A stretch of 61,848 nucleotides of DNA, the filler included. It is 4 parts of 4 records of this genome, joined end to end, with 100 filler letters (N's around TTAATTAATTAA, not from the genome) between each part and the next. Parts side by side here need not be neighbours in the genome. Positions count along the whole stretch, not along the records: positions 23,992 to 52,255 come from SRR20825006_586; 3 more parts are not named here. One strand, 5' to 3'. This document shows, piece by piece, positions 40,622 through 49,316 of the stretch; the first letter of the stretch is position 1; each line of letters starts with the position of its first letter. The notes below the pieces were generated by a model. It made no database searches. It had not been told where the DNA came from and worked only from the letters and a program-made list of their open reading frames with translations. The position numbers and the translations under genes are program-made.

Positions 40622-40645
40622 ATCAGCATATTAAGTAGGGGTAAA

Positions 40646-41065
40646 ATGGAAAACTTGGGTGAGTTTATTGTTAATCACTGGATTCTGTCCACGGCATTTG
40701 TGGTCCTGGCCTGGCTGGTGTTTTCCGACTCAATAAACCGCAAGTTGAGCGGCCTGCAGATGCTGGGCCCGAATCAGGCGGTCCGACTGGTCAATCAGCA
40801 GAAAGGTTCATTTGTCGATGTTCGCGACAAGGCGGAGTTCGACAAAGAGCACATTGCTGATTCCATCAATCTGCCATTGTCTGAACTGGCTGACAAAGCT
40901 GATGGGCTGAAAAACAAGGCGCAACCGGTGGTGATCGTCTGTGCCAGTGGTCAGCGTTCTCGCAGTGCAGTCAAACAACTGCGGCGTCAGGGCTTTGAAC
41001 AAGTCTATGTATTATCCGGTGGTCTGCATGCCTGGAAAGAGGCCAAGCTGCCGCTGTTCAGTTAA
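40646..41065 (+). CDS. Rhodanese-like protein (YibN-like)
   Basis: N-terminal TM; DVR, HI, C.SG.RS, LSGG..AW; conserved position before grxC-secB. Confidence 0.9.
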   Translation: MENLGEFIVNHWILSTAFVVLAWLVFSDSINRKLSGLQMLGPNQAVRLVNQQKGSFVDVRDKAEFDKEHIADSINLPLSELADKADGLKNKAQPVVIVCASGQRSRSAVKQLRRQGFEQVYVLSGGLHAWKEAKLPLFS

Positions 41066-41089
41066 TCCGAACATAAGCAGGGTGTTATT

Positions 41090-41347
41090 GTGGCTAATGT
41101 AATCGTTTATTCTTCCGCTCACTGTCCTTACTGCGTCATGGCCAAGCAGTTGCTTGATCGTAAAGGCGTGCAATATGAAGAAATCCGCGTGGATCTGGAT
41201 CCGTCCCGACGCGAGGAGATGATGAAGAAAAGCCGGCAACGCACGGTACCCCAGATTTTTATTAATAATAAAGCAATAGGCGGCTATACCGACTTGGTGG
41301 CGATTGATCGCGCCAACAAGCTGGATAGTCTCCTGGCACAATCGTAG
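41090..41347 (+). CDS. grxC: Glutaredoxin 3
   Basis: CPYC, TVPQIFI, GGYTDL. Confidence 0.95.
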   Translation: MANVIVYSSAHCPYCVMAKQLLDRKGVQYEEIRVDLDPSRREEMMKKSRQRTVPQIFINNKAIGGYTDLVAIDRANKLDSLLAQS

Positions 41348-41360
41348 AGAAGGAAGAAAG

Positions 41361-41849
41361 ATGGCTGAAGAAAACGCAACAGCAACGGGTGAAGAGCAAA
41401 AACCACGCTTTGTCATCCAGAAGATTTACACCAAAGATGTCTCATTTGAGTCACCGAATTCACCGGATATTTTCCGCGATGAATGGCGTCCCAAGCTGGA
41501 CCTGCAACTGGGTAATGACTACAAACGCATTGATGATGACAATCACGAGGTGATCCTGACCGTCATGGTCACGGCCAAAGTCGATGATAAAGTGGCTTTC
41601 CTGGTCGAAGTCAAACAGGCGGGTATCTTTACCCTCACCGGTTACAGCAACGAAGAAATGGGTCCGCTGCTGGGCAGCTACTGCCCTAACACGCTGTTCC
41701 CGTTTGTGCGTGAAGTGGTTTCCGATCTGGTCACCAAAGGCGGTTTCCCGCAGCTGGTACTGGCACCGGTTAACTTTGATGCCATGTATCTGCATAACAA
41801 AGAAAGAGCACAACAAGCCAAGCAGGCTGAGTCAGAAGCGACTCACTGA
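41361..41849 (+). CDS. secB: Protein export chaperone SecB
   Basis: QKIYTKDVSFESP, QAGIF, CPNTLFPF.RE, PVNFDA. Confidence 0.97.
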   Translation: MAEENATATGEEQKPRFVIQKIYTKDVSFESPNSPDIFRDEWRPKLDLQLGNDYKRIDDDNHEVILTVMVTAKVDDKVAFLVEVKQAGIFTLTGYSNEEMGPLLGSYCPNTLFPFVREVVSDLVTKGGFPQLVLAPVNFDAMYLHNKERAQQAKQAESEATH

Positions 41850-41863
41850 CAACAGGACGGCAC

Positions 41864-42883
41864 ATGGCTGAAAAGCTTCTACCGACTTTAGTTATCGGTG
41901 CCGGTGCCTGGGGCACGGCGCTGGCCATTGCCATTGCCCGCAAAGGTCACGATGTCCGTTTGTGGGCACGTGATCCTGAGCAGCTTACAGCGATGCAGGC
42001 CAGCCGCAGTAATACGCGTTATCTGCCTGATATCCGCTTTCCCGATCCGCTGACCTTGACCGCGGATTTGGAGACGGCGGTCCGCGAAGCCCGACATGTG
42101 CTGATTTCAGTGCCGAGCAAGTCGTTTGTTGACACCCTGAGGACGATAAAGCCGTTATTGCAGCCGGGTGTGCCGGTCAGTTGGGCTACCAAAGGGCTGA
42201 CAGTGGATCAGGGGCAGTTCCTGCATGATGCCGCACGTGAATTGCTGGGAGAACAGCATCCGCTGGCAGTGATTTCGGGGCCGTCTTTTGCAGCGGAAGT
42301 GGCAGCCAATTTGCCCACCGCGGTCACCGTGGCTTCTCCGGATCAGGCTTTTGCCGATGCGCTGGTCGAACTGCTGCATTCGCAAACATTACGCATTTAT
42401 ACCACCCACGATATGATTGGGGTGCAAATCGGCGGCACGGTTAAAAATGTGCTGGCCATCGCAGCCGGTATTTCGGATGGTCTGGGGTTTGGCGCCAATG
42501 CCCGAGCCGCATTAATTACCCGCGGCATGGCTGAAATCAGGCGATTGTCGGCGGCGCTGGGCGCAGAGTCAGAGACTTTGTTTGGTCTGGCCGGTATCGG
42601 TGATGTGATTCTGACCTGCACCGACAATCAGAGCCGCAACCGGCAGCTGGGACTGGCGCTGGGCAGTGGTCTGAAAGTCGATGATGCCGTTAAGCAGGTT
42701 GGCAAAACCGTCGAAGGCATGCATGCTGCCCGTGAAGTCTTATTGCGTGCAAAGCAGGTTGGTGTGGAAATGCCCATTGTCGAACAGGTATGCAAAATCC
42801 TGTTTGAGGGTTACGATCCGCGCGAGTCAGTACAAGCTTTATTGTGCAGAGAACAGAAAGCGGAAATCAGGCGCCCTGCCTGA
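41864..42883 (+). CDS. gpsA: NAD(P)H glycerol-3-phosphate dehydrogenase
   Basis: GAGAWGTALA, SGPSFA, KNVLAIAAG, TCTDNQSRN. Confidence 0.97.
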   Translation: MAEKLLPTLVIGAGAWGTALAIAIARKGHDVRLWARDPEQLTAMQASRSNTRYLPDIRFPDPLTLTADLETAVREARHVLISVPSKSFVDTLRTIKPLLQPGVPVSWATKGLTVDQGQFLHDAARELLGEQHPLAVISGPSFAAEVAANLPTAVTVASPDQAFADALVELLHSQTLRIYTTHDMIGVQIGGTVKNVLAIAAGISDGLGFGANARAALITRGMAEIRRLSAALGAESETLFGLAGIGDVILTCTDNQSRNRQLGLALGSGLKVDDAVKQVGKTVEGMHAAREVLLRAKQVGVEMPIVEQVCKILFEGYDPRESVQALLCREQKAEIRRPA

Positions 42884-42914
42884 CAACCAGGTTAATTAAA
42901 AGAGGAACAATCTT

Positions 42915-43784
42915 ATGCGAGGCATTCTTAAGTACAGTGCGACGATTGCGACAGTCGTCATGCTCAGCCTGGGGTTGAGCGGCTGTGGTAACCCGCTCAA
43001 GAAAGATGAGCCCGAGATTACAGCAGAAGGCAAAACCGTGTTCGAAGCCGGTTTGCAGTATGTGAAAATTGTCGATCGTGATGTGGCAGGCGTGGCCAAT
43101 GATCATCCATTTTCTATTTCCTCGGCTAATATGCGCACTGTGCTGGAATCACTGTATGTGACCGAAACGGTATTGTTTAACGAGCGTCAGGCACCATTGT
43201 TCTCGCCGTTCGAGCTGCAAATCCTGAGTTCCGGTCTGTCTTCCGGTCTGGCCCGTGCCGAGACAAATGAAGACGTGACTTTCGTCACCATCGGGGCTCA
43301 CCAGGGGGCGCTGGCCAAGGAAAAACAAACCAACACCGGCCGTGTGTTCTACAGCGGTGGTCGTTTGAATATTATCTTCGGCAAGGTGCGCGAAGAATAT
43401 CTGGATAAGGATCCCTACACCGGCCAGGAAATCGACCGTCGTGTGAATCCTTTGCGTCCCGGTACCCGTCGTGTCGACTCTGAGCCAGATACGCGAGTGG
43501 CCCTGGATAATGGTCAGTCCTACTACACTGATCCTGAAACCGGTGAAGAGCGTACGGACTGGATCGTGATTGATATCCCGACCGTACTGGCCACTATGGC
43601 AGAACGCGAGGCAGCAACACAGGATGGTTCGCTCAGTCCGGAACTGCGTGAAGATATTGCCCGTAACAAGCAGGAAACCAGCAATCTGCGTGAAGATATG
43701 GCCAATATCAAGGAAGTCCTGTTTGAAATGAGTGACAAGCTCGACAAGCTGCAGAAAGAGCTGGATGGAATGAAGTCGGAGTAA
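42915..43784 (+). CDS. Hypothetical lipoprotein with C-terminal coiled coil
   Basis: Lipobox LSG-C; AGAGGA SD; own terminator. Confidence 0.8.
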   Translation: MRGILKYSATIATVVMLSLGLSGCGNPLKKDEPEITAEGKTVFEAGLQYVKIVDRDVAGVANDHPFSISSANMRTVLESLYVTETVLFNERQAPLFSPFELQILSSGLSSGLARAETNEDVTFVTIGAHQGALAKEKQTNTGRVFYSGGRLNIIFGKVREEYLDKDPYTGQEIDRRVNPLRPGTRRVDSEPDTRVALDNGQSYYTDPETGEERTDWIVIDIPTVLATMAEREAATQDGSLSPELREDIARNKQETSNLREDMANIKEVLFEMSDKLDKLQKELDGMKSE

Positions 43785-43802
43785 TCCGTAGTTAAAGCAA
43801 AG

Positions 43803-43829
43803 AAAAAGGCGCCTCAGGGCGCCTTTTTT
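43803..43829. terminator. Bidirectional rho-independent terminator
   Basis: AAAAAGGCGCC-TCAG-GGCGCCTTTTTT. Confidence 0.9.
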
Positions 43830-43832
43830 GTT

Positions 43833-45005
43833 TCACAGCTGATAACGCCGGTCCTGACTCTGCAGCCGGGCTAATAAATCAAGGTCACGGGTCAGCGACA
43901 GGACTTTGAATTGATGTCCCATTGCGCCCGGCATCAACAGTTGCTTGAGTGCACTACTCTCGTTAAGCCAGTCCAGAGGGTCAAGCTGTTGTTCCAGTTC
44001 AGCGGCCAGCAAAGTGATATCGCCAGCCAGCAAAAAATCGCTTTGTTCATGAAAGCCTGCCACATCAAGGCCGTCAGCCAGGGCTTGTTCAGCGAGTGCG
44101 GTAAAGTCGATATGGGCGGTAATATCCTGCAGGCCCGGCAGCAGCAGGGGATTGTCATGCGCTTGCTGCCGGTGATAGCAGCGTAGCGTGCCCTGAGTTC
44201 GCTCTGGGCGGTAATACTCAGCAAATGGATAACCATAGTCGATAATAAACATCGCACCCTGAGAGAGGCTCTCAGCGACGCTCTGCAACCAGTCCGTGGC
44301 GAACAGATTCACCTCCGTCTGATAATGCTGATTGCCAATCTGCTTGCGGATGTCTGCTGCCCGGTTCAGCAGTCGCGGGTCTTCAATCGCTTTGTTGTGC
44401 CAGCCAAAGCTGTCTGAATCGAGACCAACGCCCTGCTCTGCGACACCTTCTTCGCTGAATTCCAGCAGATGCACCGGCATCGCATCACAGACTTCATTGG
44501 CGAGCATAACGCCTTTAAAGTCGGACGGCATCTTGCTTAGCCAGACAACGCGGTCCGCCAGAGCCGGTAATTGTTTTTCAATCAGCTCACGCTGTCGTTG
44601 CTGCAGATCGGCGCTGGTTTCCAGGATTAGATAGTGAGCGGGTAATGCATCCAACTGCATCAGCTGCTGCAAAATATCGACGGCAAGCTTGCCGCTGCCG
44701 GCCCCGAATTCAAGCACATCAAACTGATCGAGCTGGCGGCTGATATCAGCAATATGAACCGCCAGCGCCCGGCCGAATAAAGGGGTTAATTCCGGCGCCG
44801 TGGTAAAGTCACCCCCTGCTCCCAGCTTGTGACTTCCGGCACTGTAATAACCCAGGCCGGGGGTATACAGACAGTCGTGCATATAGTCGGCGAAACTGAG
44901 CCAGCCGCCCTGCTGTTCAATCCTTGCAGCAATCTGCCGTTTGAGCTGGTCACTATAGTCTTGCGCCTGCGGGGCATCCGCCGCTATCGTTACGAAGTCA
45001 GTCAT
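43833..45005 (-). CDS. SAM-dependent methyltransferase, MidA/NDUFAF7 family
   Basis: GYYS, GDFTTAPE, EFGAGSG, ANEV.DAMP, IDYG, QDITAHIDF. Confidence 0.92.
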   Translation of the reverse strand: MTDFVTIAADAPQAQDYSDQLKRQIAARIEQQGGWLSFADYMHDCLYTPGLGYYSAGSHKLGAGGDFTTAPELTPLFGRALAVHIADISRQLDQFDVLEFGAGSGKLAVDILQQLMQLDALPAHYLILETSADLQQRQRELIEKQLPALADRVVWLSKMPSDFKGVMLANEVCDAMPVHLLEFSEEGVAEQGVGLDSDSFGWHNKAIEDPRLLNRAADIRKQIGNQHYQTEVNLFATDWLQSVAESLSQGAMFIIDYGYPFAEYYRPERTQGTLRCYHRQQAHDNPLLLPGLQDITAHIDFTALAEQALADGLDVAGFHEQSDFLLAGDITLLAAELEQQLDPLDWLNESSALKQLLMPGAMGHQFKVLSLTRDLDLLARLQSQDRRYQL

Positions 45006-45021
45006 TGAAGAGGATAAGTCG

Positions 45022-45741
45022 TTGCAAAAAAAGGTTCTGGTAACCGGCGCCAGCCGCCGGATTGGTCTGCATATCGCCAAACGCCTGCATGAGGACGGTT
45101 ACGCTGTACTCGCACATTACCGCAGCGAGACCGAAGGTGTCCAAGAATTACGTGCGCTGGGTATTGAAACCATCCATGCCGGCTTTGACAGCCGCGACAA
45201 TATTCTCGACTTTGTTACCCGGTTGCGCGAGCAATACCGCGGTTTGAGGGCGATTATTCACAATGCCTCCAGTTTCACAGCGACCGATGAAGAACTGGCG
45301 CGTGCCGCTGAGCAGTACGAGCAGTTTTTCTATGTGCATATGATGGCGCCCTTTCTGATTAATCAGGGGCTGCATGATCGTCTGCAGGGGGATGATGGCA
45401 AGCCGGCCGACATTATTCATATCACCGACATCAATGTGGAAAACCCGACACCACGCTTTGATACTTATGGCACCACCAAGGCCGGTCTGCACAACATGAC
45501 GCTGGCGCTGGCCAAGAAGTTTGCCCCGACTATCAAGGTCAATGCCGTGGCGCCGGGACCGGTGTTATTCACCGAATCACATAGTGAGGAAGTCAGGCAG
45601 GCAATGATGGCGGAGACACCGCTGGGCTGTGAAGGTGGTGCGGAACCGGTTTATCTGGCCTTGAAAAGCATCATGGATAATCCTTTCCTGACCGGCGTTT
45701 CAATCCCGGTGGATGGTGGCCGCCGTCTCTCCAAACGTTAG
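45022..45741 (+). CDS. folM: Pteridine/dihydromonapterin reductase-like SDR
   Basis: TGASRRIG, HNAS, DIIHITD, YxxxK (YGTTK), VDGGR; TTG start with GAGGA SD. Confidence 0.8.
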   Translation: MQKKVLVTGASRRIGLHIAKRLHEDGYAVLAHYRSETEGVQELRALGIETIHAGFDSRDNILDFVTRLREQYRGLRAIIHNASSFTATDEELARAAEQYEQFFYVHMMAPFLINQGLHDRLQGDDGKPADIIHITDINVENPTPRFDTYGTTKAGLHNMTLALAKKFAPTIKVNAVAPGPVLFTESHSEEVRQAMMAETPLGCEGGAEPVYLALKSIMDNPFLTGVSIPVDGGRRLSKR

Positions 45742-46206
45742 CCCGTCGATACTGACCAGCGTGCCTTTCTGCATGATGGGTGCGCTGGCAGCGCCGGTGA
45801 GAAAGGCGCAGAGTTCGTTAATCAGCGGATACAGAAAGTATTCGTCGGTGATACTGCTGGCGCTGCGCTGCCAGTCTGCGGGGCCGTTGAAGTAAGTCAG
45901 AATATCGATATCGGCCGGCCGATCTTTCAGTTTGCTGTCCGGATCGTCACGATCCCGGCCCAGCGCGGTTTCAATCTGATTGCAGATTGCTTTCAGATCG
46001 GCCTCTGCCATATCGGTTTCAATGAATGCCGCTGCATTAAGAAAGTCCCGGTGGCTGTTCATGCCCACCGGCGGGATATGCAGCACCCGGCTTAAATGCA
46101 GTGCATCGAAGTGGCTCAGTAACTGCCGCACTATCGCGGCAAAATTATGTTGTGGATTGATATTACTGCCCAGTCCGAGCAGATAGCCGCCTGCCAGTTC
46201 CGCCAT
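45700..46206 (-). CDS. folK: 6-hydroxymethyl-7,8-dihydropterin pyrophosphokinase
   Basis: LGLGSN, FLNAA, IE..LGR, R..DIDIL; follows folB. Confidence 0.85.
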   Translation of the reverse strand: MAELAGGYLLGLGSNINPQHNFAAIVRQLLSHFDALHLSRVLHIPPVGMNSHRDFLNAAAFIETDMAEADLKAICNQIETALGRDRDDPDSKLKDRPADIDILTYFNGPADWQRSASSITDEYFLYPLINELCAFLTGAASAPIMQKGTLVSIDGLTFGETAATIHRD

Positions 46207-46556
46207 CAGCGGCTGCGCTCGATCACAATGCGGGCGGTGTTCTGACCATGCAGGGCGACCGGTTTACTCAGTGTCAGCTTGATGCGGGGAATGCTGAATT
46301 CTTCCAGCAGCATGGCACAGAGATCTTCGGCCAGCGTCTCAATGAGCAGGTACTCACTGGCTTTGACAAACCCGACGATGCGCTGAGCGACAGCGCCGTA
46401 GTCGAGCGTTTTGTTGATATCGTCAGTCTCGGCGGCGGGTTTGATGTCCCAATCCATTTCCAGGTCAAAACTCAGCGTTTGCTGCGTCTGGCGTTCCCAG
46501 TCGTAAATGCCGATAATCGTGTCTATCTTGAGGTCGTTTAGAAATATTTTGTCCAT
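46206..46556 (-). CDS. folB: Dihydroneopterin aldolase
   Basis: IGIYDWER, LDY, LIETLAE, KP.A. Confidence 0.95.
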   Translation of the reverse strand: MDKIFLNDLKIDTIIGIYDWERQTQQTLSFDLEMDWDIKPAAETDDINKTLDYGAVAQRIVGFVKASEYLLIETLAEDLCAMLLEEFSIPRIKLTLSKPVALHGQNTARIVIERSR

Positions 46557-46633
46557 GAATCATGCTGCTTGCTGGTGGCAATCCGGTTCGCGACCTATAA
46601 TGTCGCAACAGTTATAACAGGTCGCATCATATC

Positions 46634-47227
46634 ATGCTGGAAACGTACGCCTTACCCATTACTCTTCTGCTGATTGCTTATTTATTCGGTTCTCTGAACA
46701 GCGCCATTGTGTTGTGCAAACTGGCCTCTCTGCCCGACCCGCGTACGCAGGGCTCCGGCAACCCGGGGGCGACCAATGTGCTGCGTTTCGGCGGTAAAAA
46801 GCTGGCAGCCACGGTCTTGTTTTTTGATGTGCTTAAAGGCGTGATTCCGGTGCTGATCGCCCATCTGCTTGGCCTGGATATGGTCTGGGTAGCCGCTGCG
46901 GCGTTTGCAGCGTTTGTCGGTCATCTGTTTCCGCTGTTTTTCCAGTTTAAGGGCGGTAAAGGCGTGGCGACGGCACTGGGCGGTTTTCTGGCCTTATCCC
47001 CTGCGCTCGCTGGTGCGGGATTGCTGACCTGGCTGGTGGTGTTTGCCATCAGCCGGATTTCTTCACTGTCAGCCCTGACTGCTGCGGCACTGACACCGGT
47101 TTACAGCCTCTGGATTATTGAGAGTGTACCGGCGCGGTGGGTGATCCTGCTGACAGCACTGATGCTGATTGCCCGCCATCACGGTAATATCCGCCGTCTG
47201 CTTTCCGGGGAGGAAGGTAAGTCTTAG
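46634..47227 (+). CDS. plsY: Glycerol-3-phosphate acyltransferase
   Basis: GSGNPGATN, DVLKG, GGKGVAT, RH..NI.RL. Confidence 0.96.
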   Translation: MLETYALPITLLLIAYLFGSLNSAIVLCKLASLPDPRTQGSGNPGATNVLRFGGKKLAATVLFFDVLKGVIPVLIAHLLGLDMVWVAAAAFAAFVGHLFPLFFQFKGGKGVATALGGFLALSPALAGAGLLTWLVVFAISRISSLSALTAAALTPVYSLWIIESVPARWVILLTALMLIARHHGNIRRLLSGEEGKS

Positions 47228-47403
47228 GACTTGTTGCTCTTTCATCTCCACCACTGCCCCAGCCCTGCGGGTTGAGGCTGAAATAAGCGACACCCTGCGT
47301 TGCAAAATCCTTATGTAGGGAGGCTACATGACGCATTTTGCGTCTTGTTTGACGCTTTTTCAGCCACAACAGAGGCGGAACTGAAAGAGCAACAAGCCCT
47401 AAG
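47223..47403. mobile_element. MITE-like fold-back element with 22-bp terminal inverted repeats
   Basis: CTTAGGACTTGTTGCTCTTTCA ... TGAAAGAGCAACAAGCCCTAAG (21/22 match) plus nested internal inverted repeats; no credible ORF. Confidence 0.7.
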
Positions 47404-48406
47404 GCGGGGTTAATTCATCCAGTGGCCAGCGCGGTCTGACACTGAAAGTCGGCTTGTCCTGAAGCTGCATCGCCTGCTGGCGAACCGCGCCGGCAAAGGC
47501 AATCATCGCCCCATTATCACTGCAGAACTGCTGACGGGGGTAGAACACTTCGACCCCCGGCATCGCATCCAGTTTTTCCCGTAAGGCTTTATTGGCGCTG
47601 ACACCGCCAGCCACCACCAGGCGTTTGTGACCGGTCTGTTTGAGGGCTCTTTTGCATTTAATCGCGAGTGTATCGACAACCGCAGTCTGGAAAGCCAGCG
47701 AAATATCCGCCTTGTCCTGTTCAGCCTGTTCGCTGTTGAGCCAGGTGTTCATGGCAAAGGTTTTAAGGCCACTGAAACTGAAATCGAGGCCGGGCCGGTT
47801 GGTCATCGGTCTCGGGAATTCATAGCGATCCGGCGTGCCCTGCTCGGCTTTGGCGGCGAGATAAGGACCGCCGGGGTAATCCATGCCAAGCAGTTTGGCG
47901 GTTTTGTCGAAAGCTTCGCCGACCGCATCATCGATTGATTCACCCAGTAGTTCATATTCTCCGACTGCTTTGACGTCTACCAACAGCGTGTGGCCGCCGG
48001 AGACCAGCAGCGAAACAAACGGGAACTCAGGTGCCCGGTCCTCAAGTAGCGGTGATAACAGATGCCCTTCCATATGATTAATGGCCAGTGCCGGTTTATC
48101 CAGTGCCCAGGCAATACTGCGACCAATGGCAGCACCGACCAGTAGCGCACCGGCAAGACCGGGGCCGGCGGTATAAGCGACGGCATCAATCTCATCACGC
48201 TTTAGACCGGCCTGCGCCAGCACCTCGTCAATGAGCGGCAGGGTTTTGCGGATATGATCACGTGACGCCAGCTCCGGTACCACGCCGCCGTATTCGGCGT
48301 GCATGTCGATCTGACTGAATAAAGCATGGGCCAGCAGGCCTTTGTCGGTATCGTAGAGGGCGACGCCGGTTTCATCACAGGAAGATTCGATGCCTAAAAC
48401 ACGCAT
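47399..48406 (-). CDS. tsaD: tRNA t6A37 synthesis protein TsaD
   Basis: [44 protein letters not shown]. Confidence 0.98.
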   Translation of the reverse strand: MRVLGIESSCDETGVALYDTDKGLLAHALFSQIDMHAEYGGVVPELASRDHIRKTLPLIDEVLAQAGLKRDEIDAVAYTAGPGLAGALLVGAAIGRSIAWALDKPALAINHMEGHLLSPLLEDRAPEFPFVSLLVSGGHTLLVDVKAVGEYELLGESIDDAVGEAFDKTAKLLGMDYPGGPYLAAKAEQGTPDRYEFPRPMTNRPGLDFSFSGLKTFAMNTWLNSEQAEQDKADISLAFQTAVVDTLAIKCKRALKQTGHKRLVVAGGVSANKALREKLDAMPGVEVFYPRQQFCSDNGAMIAFAGAVRQQAMQLQDKPTFSVRPRWPLDELTPP

Positions 48407-48541
48407 TGCTGTTCCGCTTTCATTTTTGAAAAGACACTATTATGCCTTTTTTGAAATTAAAGTGATTTAACTGTTTGCTTTCTGGTTGATATTTCGTACA
48501 ATTGGAGGTTTTCCAAACATGAATTGATTAGGGAATCATTA

Positions 48542-48757
48542 ATGCCATCAGTACGAGTAAAAGAAAACGAGCCATTTGACGTTGCACTGCGTCGTTTCAA
48601 ACGCTCTTGTGAAAAAGCCGGTACCGTTGCCGAAGCACGTGCCCGTGAAGCTTACGAAAAACCAACCACTGCCCGCAAACGCGCTGCAGCTGCGGCAGTA
48701 AAACGCCACCAGAAGAAACTGGCTCGCGAAAACGCCAGCCGCGTTCGCCTGTACTAA
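48542..48757 (+). CDS. rpsU: 30S ribosomal protein S21
   Basis: [27 protein letters not shown]. Confidence 0.98.
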   Translation: MPSVRVKENEPFDVALRRFKRSCEKAGTVAEARAREAYEKPTTARKRAAAAAVKRHQKKLARENASRVRLY

Positions 48758-48784
48758 TATTCACCGTATCCGGTAAATCAGACG

Positions 48785-49246
48785 ATGCCTGCAGAAGCCA
48801 GCCCACTGAAAGTCACGATTATGGACAGCGTCAAGGACGCGATGCGCGCTAAAGAAAAAGAGCGCCTCAGTGTGCTGCGCCAGATTACGGCGGCTATCAA
48901 GCAGGTTGAAGTCGATAACCGCGTTGATCTGTCTGACGACGATATTGTGGTCATTCTGACTAAAATGACCAAACAGCGCCGTGAAGCGCTGGATCAATAT
49001 GAGCAGGCCGGTCGCGATGACCTCGCAGCAATTGAAAAAGCGGAACTCAAAGTCATTGAAGAGTTCATGCCGGCTCAGCTGAGCGATGAAGAAGTCGCTG
49101 AAGCTATCGACGCTGCCATCAAAGAAACCGGTGCCAGCAGTGCGAAAGATATGGGGGCAGTGATGAATGTACTGCGTCCGAAACTTCAGGGTCGTGCCGA
49201 CATGGGCGCGGTCAGCGGCAAAGTCAAGGCAGCGCTGAACCAGTAA
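48785..49246 (+). CDS. GatB/YqeY domain protein
   Basis: KDAMRAK, KQRRE, GR.DLA, KDMG.VM, GRADM. Confidence 0.93.
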   Translation: MPAEASPLKVTIMDSVKDAMRAKEKERLSVLRQITAAIKQVEVDNRVDLSDDDIVVILTKMTKQRREALDQYEQAGRDDLAAIEKAELKVIEEFMPAQLSDEEVAEAIDAAIKETGASSAKDMGAVMNVLRPKLQGRADMGAVSGKVKAALNQ

Positions 49247-49316
49247 TTCCCTTGCTGAGCGTTGTCCGCCAAGACGGGTTTAATCTTTCCACTGAATTTC
49301 AGCCATAATAGCGCTT

